DNA of 64,000 nt from Gemmatimonadales bacterium (GCA_036522815.1 DATDFC010000140.1:4243-68242), one strand, 5' to 3'. Positions 20,470-28,775 are shown, counted from the first letter of the stretch. Program-made: numbers and translations. Notes: generated from the sequence alone by a model not told the origin.

Positions 20470-20550
20470 CGTTGACAGGGCGAACACTCGCGAGCTGCGC
20501 GGCGCGGGCCAATAGCGCGTTCGTACCATCCACGTCAACAGCGATCACGA
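20470..20550 (-). repeat. Conserved ~80-nt intergenic element, copy C
   Basis: Minus-sense ...GTGATCGCTGTTGACGTGGATGGTACGAACGCGCTATTGGCCCGCG...TTCGCCCTGTCAACG, upstream of the dsbA-like/HAD/tal/pgi/tkt gene string. Confidence 0.85.
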
Positions 20551-20615
20551 GGGTGCGGGTGCAGAGCTTGCGGAGTGGCGGCCTGCGGCCAAGAGCATCA
20601 GGATGCAGCGCTCCT

Positions 20616-20690
20616 GCTTCAGCCCCACCTCGGCCAGACCGGCATCCGCGCGCAGGACGCGCGTCTCTCCTCACGGTACGAACGCTTCAT
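20616..20690 (-). pseudogene. Duplicated 5' relic of the PAS-LuxR regulator gene
   Basis: Aligns with 2398-2471 (MKRSYR.ERR.SCA...) but hits a stop after ~23 codons. It is part of the 2398-3063 / 20616-21223 segmental duplication. Confidence 0.65.
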
Positions 20691-20774
20691 TGCCGCCTGG
20701 TGTGCCACGCCCTAACCATACTCCCGTAGCGCTACGCAGTCAGAGGAACTCTCCATACACTAAGGAGATCACGC

Positions 20775-21200
20775 ATGAACCGTCTCGCCCTTACCGCCCT
20801 CGCCGGCGTGCTCGGCGTCGGGATGCTCGTCGCGTCCCCCGATACCACGGCGGCTCAGCAGAAGGCGCCGCCCGGCGGTGCCTACAAGAAGGTCAGCACG
20901 CTCGTCCCGCTTCCGGATTTCGTCCCCGGACTCGGCACCCTGTACGTCGATCCCGCCACGCTGCCCGCGGGGCCGTTTCTCGCCTACGACCACCAGGGCA
21001 ACCTGGTGAGCTCCATCTACATGATCCCACTCAAGGACATGAACGCTCAGCAGGCGTTCAGCGACCTGAAGGTGGCCCGTGAGCGCGCTGATCACGTGGA
21101 CATCGTCTTCAACGCGGGCCATCCGGGCGTGGCGGAGCCGCACTACCATGTGATCGTGTGGTACATCTCGCCGCAGCGCGCGGCCCTGCTCGCCAAGTGA
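20775..21200 (+). CDS. Secreted protein of unknown function (paralog 2)
   Basis: MNRLALTALAGVLGVGMLVASPD signal peptide. Near-identical to 2560..3039 but lacks the 18-aa insert. AAGGAG lies upstream. Confidence 0.75.
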   Translation: MNRLALTALAGVLGVGMLVASPDTTAAQQKAPPGGAYKKVSTLVPLPDFVPGLGTLYVDPATLPAGPFLAYDHQGNLVSSIYMIPLKDMNAQQAFSDLKVARERADHVDIVFNAGHPGVAEPHYHVIVWYISPQRAALLAK

Positions 21201-21267
21201 CGAGATCGTCGCGCCACGTGGATCCTCGCCCACGGCCGGGTGCATCCGGCCTGGCTGGGGAGATGAG

Positions 21268-22686
21268 ATGGTAACGGGCTCCAGCGCCCTGCTCGTGGAG
21301 CGGCTGGCTCGGTTTGCGGCATGTGCGTCCTACGACGATCTGTCCAAGGCGGCGCGCGAACAGCTCAAGATCCGCGTGCTCGATGCTCTGGCGTGCGCGA
21401 TCGGCGCCCTCGACGGAGCGCCGGTGCGGCTGGTGCACGACCAGGTGGAGGAATTCGACGGCTCCGGGCTGTGCTCGCTGCTCGGCGGTGGCCGCGCCGC
21501 ACCAGATCGGGCGGCCTTCTACAACTCGGCGCTCGTGCGCTACCTCGACTTCAACGACAGCTACCTCGCGAAGGGCGAGACCTGTCACCCGAGCGACAAC
21601 CTCGGGGCCGTGCTCGCCGCCGCGGAATACGCCGGCGCGTCGGGTCGCGACTTCCTCGCCGCGCTCGCCCTGGCCTACCAAGTGCAATGCCGGCTGAGCG
21701 ACGTGGCGCCCGTGCGCGACGCGGGCTTCGACCACGTCACGCAGGGCGCGTACGCGGTTGCCGCCGGCGGCGCGCGGGCGCTCGGGCTCGACCCCGCCCG
21801 CACCGCCCACGCGATCGCGATCGCGGGCACCGCATTCAACGCGCTCCGCGTCACCCGCACCGGCCCGCTGTCGCACTGGAAAGGCCTCGCTTTCGCCAAC
21901 GTCGCCGGGGCTGTCACGCGGACCACATTCCTCGCCCGTCGCGGCATCACTGGTCCTCTTGAGGTGTTCGAGGGTGAGAAAGGCTTTATGGATGCCGTGG
22001 CCGGCTACTTCGAGTTGAACTGGGAGACTGAGGACCTCGAGCGGGTCACCCAGACGATTCTGAAGAAGTACAATGCCGAAATCCACTCGCAGAGCGTACT
22101 CGAAGCCGTGCTCGAGCTACGCGCGCGCGAGCACCTCTCGGCGGCCGATGTCGAGCGTGTGGAGCTCGACGTCTTCGACGTCGCCTACCGGATCATCGGT
22201 GGCGGTGAGGAGGGAGATAAGATAATGGTCCGCACTAAGGAACAAGCGGATCATAGCCTCCCCTATCTGGTGGCCGTGGCCCTGCTGGACGGTGAGGTCC
22301 TGCCGGCGCAGTACCGGCCCGCGCGCATTCTCAGCGATGACGTGCAGGCCCTCCTGCTGCGTGTGGCGGTGCGCCCCGATGAGGGATTCTCGCGCCGCTT
22401 CCCAGCGGAAATGCCCTGCCGCGTGCGGGTGACCCGGCGCGACGGTCGGGTGCTGACGGCGGAGCTCGCGGACTACCCCGGATTTCTCACGCGCGGACGG
22501 ACGTGGGAGGCCGCCCGTGATAAGCTCGAGCGGCTCGGCGCACCGTACACGACGCACTCGCTGCGGGACCGCATCGCTGCCACGGTGGCCGAGTTGGAGC
22601 GGTTTCGTGTACCGGAGCTGACGAGCCTGCTGACCGCCGTGCGGCGCCCCGGGACCGCGGCGGCTGCAAAGGAGACGACCGGATGA
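21268..22686 (+). CDS. MmgE/PrpD-family protein (2-methylcitrate dehydratase-like)
   Basis: 472 aa. ERLARFAACASYDDLSKAAREQLKIRVLDALACAIGA and the overall length and pattern are typical of PrpD-family proteins. Confidence 0.8.
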   Translation: MVTGSSALLVERLARFAACASYDDLSKAAREQLKIRVLDALACAIGALDGAPVRLVHDQVEEFDGSGLCSLLGGGRAAPDRAAFYNSALVRYLDFNDSYLAKGETCHPSDNLGAVLAAAEYAGASGRDFLAALALAYQVQCRLSDVAPVRDAGFDHVTQGAYAVAAGGARALGLDPARTAHAIAIAGTAFNALRVTRTGPLSHWKGLAFANVAGAVTRTTFLARRGITGPLEVFEGEKGFMDAVAGYFELNWETEDLERVTQTILKKYNAEIHSQSVLEAVLELRAREHLSAADVERVELDVFDVAYRIIGGGEEGDKIMVRTKEQADHSLPYLVAVALLDGEVLPAQYRPARILSDDVQALLLRVAVRPDEGFSRRFPAEMPCRVRVTRRDGRVLTAELADYPGFLTRGRTWEAARDKLERLGAPYTTHSLRDRIAATVAELERFRVPELTSLLTAVRRPGTAAAAKETTG

Positions 22687-22930
22687 CGACCACCATCGCA
22701 CCCAAAACCGCTGCGACGATCGAGACCGAACGGGCCTTCAACTACGTGCGGACCAACTTCCGGAGCCCCAAGCCGCGAGTGCCGCGACCTCGGCTTCGAT
22801 ACCATCGAGATCTCGAGCGGCTTCATCACCCTGCCGGCCGACGACTGGCTGCGACTGGTGGAGCGGGTCCGGCAGGCGGGGCTCAAGGCCAAGCCCGAGG
22901 TCGGTATCCAGTTCGGTGCCGGCGGCGCGA
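22683..22930 (+). pseudogene. Relic of a phosphosulfolactate synthase (ComA-like) gene with internal deletion/frameshift and missing C-terminus
   Basis: A ComA-like N-terminus (AFNYVRTNFRSPKPR) in one frame jumps at ~22775 into another frame reading CRDLGFDTIEISSGFITLPADDWLRLVERVRQAGLKAKPEVGIQFG. That matches the central ComA block. It then runs straight into the next gene. Confidence 0.5.
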
Positions 22931-22956
22931 CACCTACAAAGGATGAGGGACCGACA

Positions 22957-23436
22957 ATGGATGAGCGCATCAACTACAGCAAGGTCGCACCTGAGGGGAT
23001 CCGGGCGCTGAGCGGGCTCGAGACCTACGTGCGGAGCTCCGGACTCGAGCCGGGCCTCCTGGATTTGGTCAAGACTCGTGCCTCCCAGCTCAACGGCTGC
23101 GCCTATTGCATCGACATGCATACGAAAGACGCCCGCGCGCGCGGCGAGACCGAGCAGCGACTCTATGGCCTTTCTGCCTGGCGTGAGACCCCGTTCTACA
23201 CAGACCCGGAGCGGGCCGCGCTCGCATGGACGGAGGCCGTGACGCTCGTCAGCCATGGGCCTGTCCCCGACGCACTCTACCAAGAGGCCCGGCAGCACTT
23301 CTCAGAGAAAGCGCTCGTGGACTTGACGCTCGCGCTGATCGCCATCAACGCGTGGAACCGGCTGAGCATCTCGTTTCGCACCGTGCCCGGGACGTACCGT
23401 TCGGGGCCCCGGCGTCAGGAGGTCTCCGCGGTATGA
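22957..23436 (+). CDS. Carboxymuconolactone decarboxylase / AhpD-like family protein
   Basis: LDLVKTRASQLNGCAYCIDMHTKDA (the CxxC of the AhpD core) and GLSAWRETPFYTDPERAALAWTEAVT. Confidence 0.8.
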   Translation: MDERINYSKVAPEGIRALSGLETYVRSSGLEPGLLDLVKTRASQLNGCAYCIDMHTKDARARGETEQRLYGLSAWRETPFYTDPERAALAWTEAVTLVSHGPVPDALYQEARQHFSEKALVDLTLALIAINAWNRLSISFRTVPGTYRSGPRRQEVSAV

Positions 23437-23930
23437 CGGCTCCGGCGGTCGCCCGGCGCGGCGAGCTCCTTCCGGGATTCATGCTCCCGACCATCGACGG
23501 CTCCTCTGTTTCAATGGAGAGCTATAGGGGGCGGACCAATCTGGTTGTCGTCTTCGCTGGGGATATGATAGACGAGAGCCCGGTCGCTGTGTTGCTGGAG
23601 GAACTCGTACGGCGGAGGGAACAATTGACTGTGGAAGGAGCGCAGGTGCTCGTGGTAGTCACGGCGCAGCCCGCGGTTCCCCGACGCGGCCGGTGGGCGT
23701 TTCCGGTGTTGGTGGACAACGGTGCGCACATGCATCGCAGCTTGGGCGCGACCGACGCCGTGGGAAGACCTGCGCCCGCCGTGTTCGTTACTGACCGATT
23801 CCGCGAGATCTACGCCGCCTACCTGCCAGGGCAGGGCTCGGCACTGCCCGGCGCGCAAGAGATTTCCGACTGGCTCGTGTTCATCAACATCCAGTGTCCG
23901 GAATGCGGCGTGCCCGAGTGGCCGAGGTAG
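23433..23930 (+). CDS. Redoxin/thioredoxin-fold protein lacking the canonical N-terminal CxxC
   Basis: LPGFMLPTIDGSSVSMESYRGRTNLVVVF resembles AhpC/TSA-TlpA N-termini, but no Cys follows. A C-terminal CPEC is present. The ATG overlaps the upstream stop (ATGA). Confidence 0.5.
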   Translation: MTAPAVARRGELLPGFMLPTIDGSSVSMESYRGRTNLVVVFAGDMIDESPVAVLLEELVRRREQLTVEGAQVLVVVTAQPAVPRRGRWAFPVLVDNGAHMHRSLGATDAVGRPAPAVFVTDRFREIYAAYLPGQGSALPGAQEISDWLVFINIQCPECGVPEWPR

Positions 23931-23946
23931 TTGAAAGGAGCACCCT

Positions 23947-24294
23947 ATGATCAAGCTCAAACGTGCCTATCAACCCGCCACCGATGACGATGGCGCGCGT
24001 TTCCTCGTGGAGCGACTGTGGCCACGAGGCGTCAAGAAGGCGCGCCTGAAGCTCGATGGGTGGCTGAAGGACGTCGCGCCGAGCGCGGACCTGCGGAAGT
24101 GGTTCAGACACGACCCGAAGAAGTGGCCGGAGTTTCGGCAGCGGTACTTCAGCGAGCTGCGCGCGCATCACGCGGCCTGGCAGCCGCTCCTCGCGGCGGC
24201 CCGGCGCGGGCGGGTCACCTTCGTCTACGCCGCGCACGACGTGGCGCGCAACGGCGCCGTCGCGCTGAAGGCGTTCCTCGATCGGCGGTTGTGA
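23947..24294 (+). CDS. DUF488 (YeaO-like) family protein
   Basis: MIKLKRAYQPATDDDGARFLVERLWPRGVKKA...LKDVAPSADLRKWFRHDPKKWPEFRQRY is the typical short DUF488 pattern. Confidence 0.75.
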   Translation: MIKLKRAYQPATDDDGARFLVERLWPRGVKKARLKLDGWLKDVAPSADLRKWFRHDPKKWPEFRQRYFSELRAHHAAWQPLLAAARRGRVTFVYAAHDVARNGAVALKAFLDRRL

Positions 24295-24331
24295 GCCTGC
24301 GGGGATCGCACTCTCCAAGGGCCGCCTCGCC

Positions 24332-24649
24332 GTGGGAGTCAGAGTCATGCTAGTACGACTTGGTCATTCGAAGGATGTTGTCGCCGGGCAGATGCGTGTC
24401 TTCGACGTCGCGGGAACCAAGGTCAACGTGGCGAGTGTGGACGGACATCTGTACGCCTTCGATGACACCTGTACCCACATGGGGTGCTCCCTTGGGAAGG
24501 GTACGCTGGACGACACGACGGTGACGTGCAGCTGCCACGGCAGCCAGTTTGACGTGACCTCCGGTGCTGTGCTCCGCGGGCCAGCCAAACAGCCCGTGCG
24601 TACCCGGTTGGTGCAAGTCGACGGCGGGAATCTGCTTGTCGAGGCCTGA
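24332..24649 (+). CDS. Rieske [2Fe-2S] ferredoxin-like protein
   Basis: CTHMGCSL...(17)...CSCHGSQF Rieske cluster motifs. Confidence 0.8.
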   Translation: MGVRVMLVRLGHSKDVVAGQMRVFDVAGTKVNVASVDGHLYAFDDTCTHMGCSLGKGTLDDTTVTCSCHGSQFDVTSGAVLRGPAKQPVRTRLVQVDGGNLLVEA

Positions 24650-24770
24650 GGCAGGGGCCGCGGCTGCGACCGGCCCGCGATGGCAGGAAGTTGGCAGTGA
24701 CTATCGTTCACCGGGATTTTGAGGGCCTGCGTGAAGTTGAGTTCGAGAGGACAATCCGAGGCGACCCAGC

Positions 24771-24983
24771 ATGAAGAAAACATTCAAGGTCGGCGATCGC
24801 GTAACCTGGAACTCCGAGGCCGGACACGTCAGCGGGACGATCATCAAGGTGCACACTACAGATGTTGATTACAAAGGGTACATCCACCACGCGAGTAAGG
24901 ATGAGCCACAGTATGAAATTCAGAGTGACAAGACCGACCACATTGCCATGCATAAGGGTGGAGCGTTGAAAAGGGCAAAATGA
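24771..24983 (+). CDS. DUF2945 / Hva1-TUDOR-like small protein
   Basis: 70 aa. KVGDRVTWNSEAGHVSGTIIKV...PQYEIQSDKTDHIAMHK matches my recollection of the family. Confidence 0.55.
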   Translation: MKKTFKVGDRVTWNSEAGHVSGTIIKVHTTDVDYKGYIHHASKDEPQYEIQSDKTDHIAMHKGGALKRAK

Positions 24984-25636
24984 TCGTGAGCTCTCCGACC
25001 GCCCCATCGCGGGGCCATGCTAATGCAGCCAGCCACGCGGGAGGGAACGTCTATCCCAGCCTTGACGAAGTGCTGGCGGCGGTGCGTGGCTGCCGGGCGT
25101 GCGAGGCGCATCTCCCGCTCGGCCCGCGGCCGGTGCTGCGTGCGGGCGCAACGGCCCGCATCCTGGTCGTGGGGCAGGCGCCCGGGGTGCGCGTGCACCA
25201 AACCGGCGTTCCGTGGGACGACCCGAGCGGGGAACGCCTGCGTGTGTGGATGGGCGTGGACCGGCACGTCTTTTATGACGAATCGCGTATCGCGATCATT
25301 CCCATGGGATACTGCTATCCAGGGCGAGGCAACGGCGGTGATAAGCCGCCGCGCCGTGAATGTGCGACGCTATGGCTCGACCAACTGCTGGCTAGATTGC
25401 CCCGAATTGAACTGACTCTGCTCATCGGGCATTATGCCCAGCGTCACTTTCTCGGCAGCCGCCGCAAGCCGTCACTGACCGCGACAGTCAGAGCGTGGCC
25501 CGCGTATGCTCCGGACTACCTGCCGCTGCCCCACCCATCGCCGCGTAATCAGCCATGGTTCAAGCATCATCCCTGGTTCGAGCGGCAACTCGTCCCGGTG
25601 TTGCGCACACGAATCCACGCGCTGGTTGAGCGCTGA
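24980..25636 (+). CDS. Uracil-DNA glycosylase superfamily protein
   Basis: CRACEAHLPLGPRPVLRAGATARILVVGQAPG and C-terminal LPHPSPRN motifs. The start overlaps the upstream stop. Confidence 0.75.
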   Translation: MIVSSPTAPSRGHANAASHAGGNVYPSLDEVLAAVRGCRACEAHLPLGPRPVLRAGATARILVVGQAPGVRVHQTGVPWDDPSGERLRVWMGVDRHVFYDESRIAIIPMGYCYPGRGNGGDKPPRRECATLWLDQLLARLPRIELTLLIGHYAQRHFLGSRRKPSLTATVRAWPAYAPDYLPLPHPSPRNQPWFKHHPWFERQLVPVLRTRIHALVER

Positions 25637-25652
25637 ACCAGAGTTGACGGGA

Positions 25653-26210
25653 ATGGCGGCGACCGTGGATTCCGAGGTCGTTGTACTGACTGTGGGCCAT
25701 TCGACACGGCCACTGGTCGAGTTCATTGCGTTGTTAAAGGCCCACTCGGTGGCTCGGCTCATTGACGTGCGCACCGTGCCACGCTCTCGGCACAACCCGC
25801 AGTTCAACCGCGATACTCTGGCGGCCGCGCTCGCGGCCACTGGCATCGGCTATGAACACGTTGCCGGCCTGGGAGGATTCCGGCGCACACACCCGGGGTC
25901 CACGAATACGGGATGGCGCAACGTGTCCTTCCGCGGTTACGCCGACTACATGCAAACCGCTGAATTCGCGGAGCGCCTCGCAGACCTCATCGCCGAGGCC
26001 AGACGCGAGCGCCTCGTGCTGATGTGCGCCGAGGCCGTACCGTGGCGCTGCCATCGCTCACTGATCGCCGACGCGTTGCTGGTGCACGGTTTGCGCGTCG
26101 AGGAAATCGTCAGCGGGACGCGTCGCCAGGTACACGCGCTGACCCCCTTCGCCAAGGTCAGCGACCTGCTAATCACGTATCCGCCGGAAGCGTCGCCGTC
26201 TCGAGCGTGA
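25653..26210 (+). CDS. DUF488 family protein (long form)
   Basis: VLTVGHSTRPLVEFIALLKAHSVARLIDVRTVPRSRHNPQFN and LMCAEAVPWRCHRSLIAD. Confidence 0.75.
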   Translation: MAATVDSEVVVLTVGHSTRPLVEFIALLKAHSVARLIDVRTVPRSRHNPQFNRDTLAAALAATGIGYEHVAGLGGFRRTHPGSTNTGWRNVSFRGYADYMQTAEFAERLADLIAEARRERLVLMCAEAVPWRCHRSLIADALLVHGLRVEEIVSGTRRQVHALTPFAKVSDLLITYPPEASPSRA

Positions 26211-26290
26211 TGGATGTTGACGTTGATGGTACGAACGAGCCATTGGCCCGCGTCGCGCACAGCGCCACCATTCGCCTAATCAAGTGACAC
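26206..26290 (+). repeat. Conserved ~80-nt intergenic element, copy D
   Basis: Plus-sense CGTGATGGATGTTGACGTTGATGGTACGAACGAGCCATTGGCCCGCGTCGCGCA...ATTCGCC. Its 5' GTGA contains the stop of the DUF488 gene. It lies ~80 nt upstream of the PQQ dehydrogenase start. Confidence 0.8.
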
Positions 26291-26367
26291 GCCAGAACTG
26301 TCGCCAGTAAAAGGCCGCGACCGGAAGCGTGCGAGAGAATAACACTCGACCTTTAACGGAGGTGGGT

Positions 26368-28071
26368 ATGACGCATTGGACTCGATGGTCCGCGATTGCG
26401 GTGGTCGCGTCGCTGATCGCGGTACCGCTGTGTGCGCAGTCGCACACCGCCGTGACAAATGACATGCTGCTCAACGCCGCGAGGAGCAGCGACTGGCTGA
26501 TGTATGGCGGCAACTACTGGAACAACCGGTTCTCTCCATTAAAGCAGATCAACACGACCAACGTGAAGCGCCTTGTTCCGCGGGCGATCTACACCCATGG
26601 TTCGAGCACTCTCGGCAGTTTTGAGACCACGCCAGTTGTCGTCAACGGCATCATGTACATCACGTCGCCCGTGAAGCCCAACAACATCGTGCGGGCGTTC
26701 GATCTGCGGTCGCAGAAGATGCTGTGGGAACACGTGCACAAGACCGGGCCGGTCAGCACCGCATGCTGCGGCTACAACAACCGCGGCGTGGCGGTAGCGA
26801 ACGGCATGGTCTACGTCGCGACGTTGGACGGCCAAATGATCGCGCTCGATCAACAGACCGGTGAGGAGAAGTGGGCAGTGCAGGTCGGTGACCCCGCGGC
26901 TGGTTACACCTTCACTATGGCGCCGCTCGCGATTGGCGACAAAGTCATCGCCGGGACGTCTGGGGGAGAGTACGGAATTCGTGGCTGGGTGAAGGCCTTC
27001 AACGGCGCGACGGGCGCGCTCGCGTGGACGTGGTATTCAATCCCCGCGCCGGAGGATGGCGGCTGGTGGGGCACGTGGGCTAAGACCACGCCGGAGGGCA
27101 ACGACCTCCATCGGGACATCGCGAAGGAGAAAACCGACTCGGCCAAGTACGCTGACGCCTGGCAGAATGGCGGCGGCGGGGTGTGGATGACGCCGGCCTA
27201 TGACGACGCCACGAAGACGCTATACGTCGCGGTCGGCAACCCATCGCCCGACCTAGACGGCTCGGTCCGCCCGGGTGACAACCGCTGGACCGATGGCATC
27301 GTCGCCATCGACGTGAACACCGGCAAGTTCAAGTGGGGCTATCAGACCGTGCCGCACGACGTGTGGGACTTGGACGCGGTGAGCCCCCCCGTGATCGTCA
27401 TGGTCGACGGCAAGAAAGCCGTGGTCCACGCCGGCAAGACGGGCTGGGTCTACGTCCTCGACGCGGCGACCGGGAAGCTGATCAGGAAGTCGGACGCGTT
27501 CGTCCCGCAGCAGAACATGTTCGCGCTCCCGACTCCCGAGGGGACGTTCATGCTTCCGGGCGCTAACGGTGGCTCGGAGTGGTCCCCAATCGCCGTGAAC
27601 CCGGGCCTCGCCTACGCGTACACGGTCGGCCTGCATCAGCCGATGCACTACAAGACCCACTATGCGCCGTGGGAGAAGGGTCGGGTGTGGCTGGGATCCG
27701 CCTTCTTGCGAATCCCGGACGACAAGGGCGACTTCTCTGGCGAATACGGTAACGTCAACGCGATTGACCTGAAGACCGGGAAGATCGCCTGGTCGGTGAA
27801 GACCGAGCAGCCAATGATGGGCGGCGCGACTGCCACGGCAGGTGGGCTGGTGTTCACCGGCGAGGGCAACGGCTGGTTCAAGGCCTACGACGCCAAGACC
27901 GGCGCGGTCCTGTGGAAGTTCAACTGTGGCGCGGGCGCGAACGCCGCACCCTCTGTGTTCGAGGTTGACGGCGAGCAGTTCATCGCCGTGGCCGCGGGCG
28001 GGAACTTCCAGCTGAGCTTCCCACTGGGCAACACGGTCTTCGTCTTCGGGCTGCCGAAGACGGGGAGGTAA
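26368..28071 (+). CDS. PQQ-dependent alcohol/methanol-family dehydrogenase (type I quinoprotein, no haem domain)
   Basis: Signal peptide; WLMYGGNYWNNRFSPL; the vicinal disulfide ACCGYNNRG; repeated W-motif blades; WDLDAV around the catalytic Asp. GGAGGTG lies before the ATG at 26368. Confidence 0.85.
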   Translation: MTHWTRWSAIAVVASLIAVPLCAQSHTAVTNDMLLNAARSSDWLMYGGNYWNNRFSPLKQINTTNVKRLVPRAIYTHGSSTLGSFETTPVVVNGIMYITSPVKPNNIVRAFDLRSQKMLWEHVHKTGPVSTACCGYNNRGVAVANGMVYVATLDGQMIALDQQTGEEKWAVQVGDPAAGYTFTMAPLAIGDKVIAGTSGGEYGIRGWVKAFNGATGALAWTWYSIPAPEDGGWWGTWAKTTPEGNDLHRDIAKEKTDSAKYADAWQNGGGGVWMTPAYDDATKTLYVAVGNPSPDLDGSVRPGDNRWTDGIVAIDVNTGKFKWGYQTVPHDVWDLDAVSPPVIVMVDGKKAVVHAGKTGWVYVLDAATGKLIRKSDAFVPQQNMFALPTPEGTFMLPGANGGSEWSPIAVNPGLAYAYTVGLHQPMHYKTHYAPWEKGRVWLGSAFLRIPDDKGDFSGEYGNVNAIDLKTGKIAWSVKTEQPMMGGATATAGGLVFTGEGNGWFKAYDAKTGAVLWKFNCGAGANAAPSVFEVDGEQFIAVAAGGNFQLSFPLGNTVFVFGLPKTGR

Positions 28072-28226
28072 CATTCACCCGTCCGGCCGCGCAGTCATGA
28101 TCTCTGAAGTTTTGTCACTGCGGTTGCGGCGGTGAAACCAGATGCGACCTTGCGTGCTCCCGCGCGAGGTCGCATAGGTTCCTTTGCGCGACAGGAGTCT
28201 ATACCCGCACCTGAAGGAACGCCGTC

Positions 28227-28775
28227 ATGAACGCTTGGCTCGTATTCGCCGCGTTCGCTGTCGTCGCTGGCAGTTGGACGGTCGCCTGGATCTGGATCGT
28301 CACTCATGCCCGTTCGGCTGCGCCCACCAAGGCCGGGGAAGAGTTCGACCTTGCAGGCGCGCGGCGGATCTTGCTCCCGCTGCTCTGCACCGTCGCCATC
28401 GTGCTGTTTGTGACCTCGCTCCCCCGACTTCCCTACGTGCACGCTCGCGTGCGCCGGCTCGGCGCACCGGTGGCGCACGTCGCGGTCACGGGCCTCCAGT
28501 GGACATGGCAGCTCGACCGCGACACGCTCCCCGCCGGCGTTCCCGTCGAGTTCGCCGTGACGTCGCGCGATGTGAACCACGGGTTCGCGATCTACGACTC
28601 CGTGGGGCGGCTGCTCACCCAGGTGCAGGCGATGCCGAACTATACCAACCGACTCGTCTACACGTTTCCCGCGCCGGGGAGCTACGTGATCCGCTGCCTC
28701 GAGTACTGCGGGATCGCGCACCACGTGATGCAGACGACGCTCGTGGTCACGGGCGCCGCGGGAGCCCACCCATGA
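28227..28775 (+). CDS. Haem-copper oxidase subunit II (CuA cupredoxin domain, no cytochrome c domain)
   Basis: One N-terminal TM helix, VNHGF, and CLEYCGIAHHVM (CuA ligands C-x3-C-x3-H-x2-M). Confidence 0.8.
   Translation: MNAWLVFAAFAVVAGSWTVAWIWIVTHARSAAPTKAGEEFDLAGARRILLPLLCTVAIVLFVTSLPRLPYVHARVRRLGAPVAHVAVTGLQWTWQLDRDTLPAGVPVEFAVTSRDVNHGFAIYDSVGRLLTQVQAMPNYTNRLVYTFPAPGSYVIRCLEYCGIAHHVMQTTLVVTGAAGAHP

Noticed and set aside
20470-20550. Reading the conserved element core TGGTACGAACGnGC as a sigma-54 (-24 GG / -12 GC) promoter.
   Set aside because: The GG-to-GC spacing is 9 nt rather than the strict 10 nt, and the TTGC of the -12 box is absent.
20470-20550. Reading the element as a standard sigma-70 promoter (TTGACG-N18-TATTGG).
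   Set aside because: The putative -10 lacks the invariant final T, the spacer is long, and the -35 degenerates in copies A and B. This reading also does not explain why the spacer is the best-conserved part. It is kept only as a weak possibility inside the finding.
20338-20674. ORFs 20447..20674 (75 aa) and 1263..1664 (133 aa) sharing the peptide VD.DGTNALLAR.
   Set aside because: The shared peptide is just one of three open frames across the conserved nucleotide element. The variable core positions fall on second codon positions in this frame, and the flanking peptide is not conserved.
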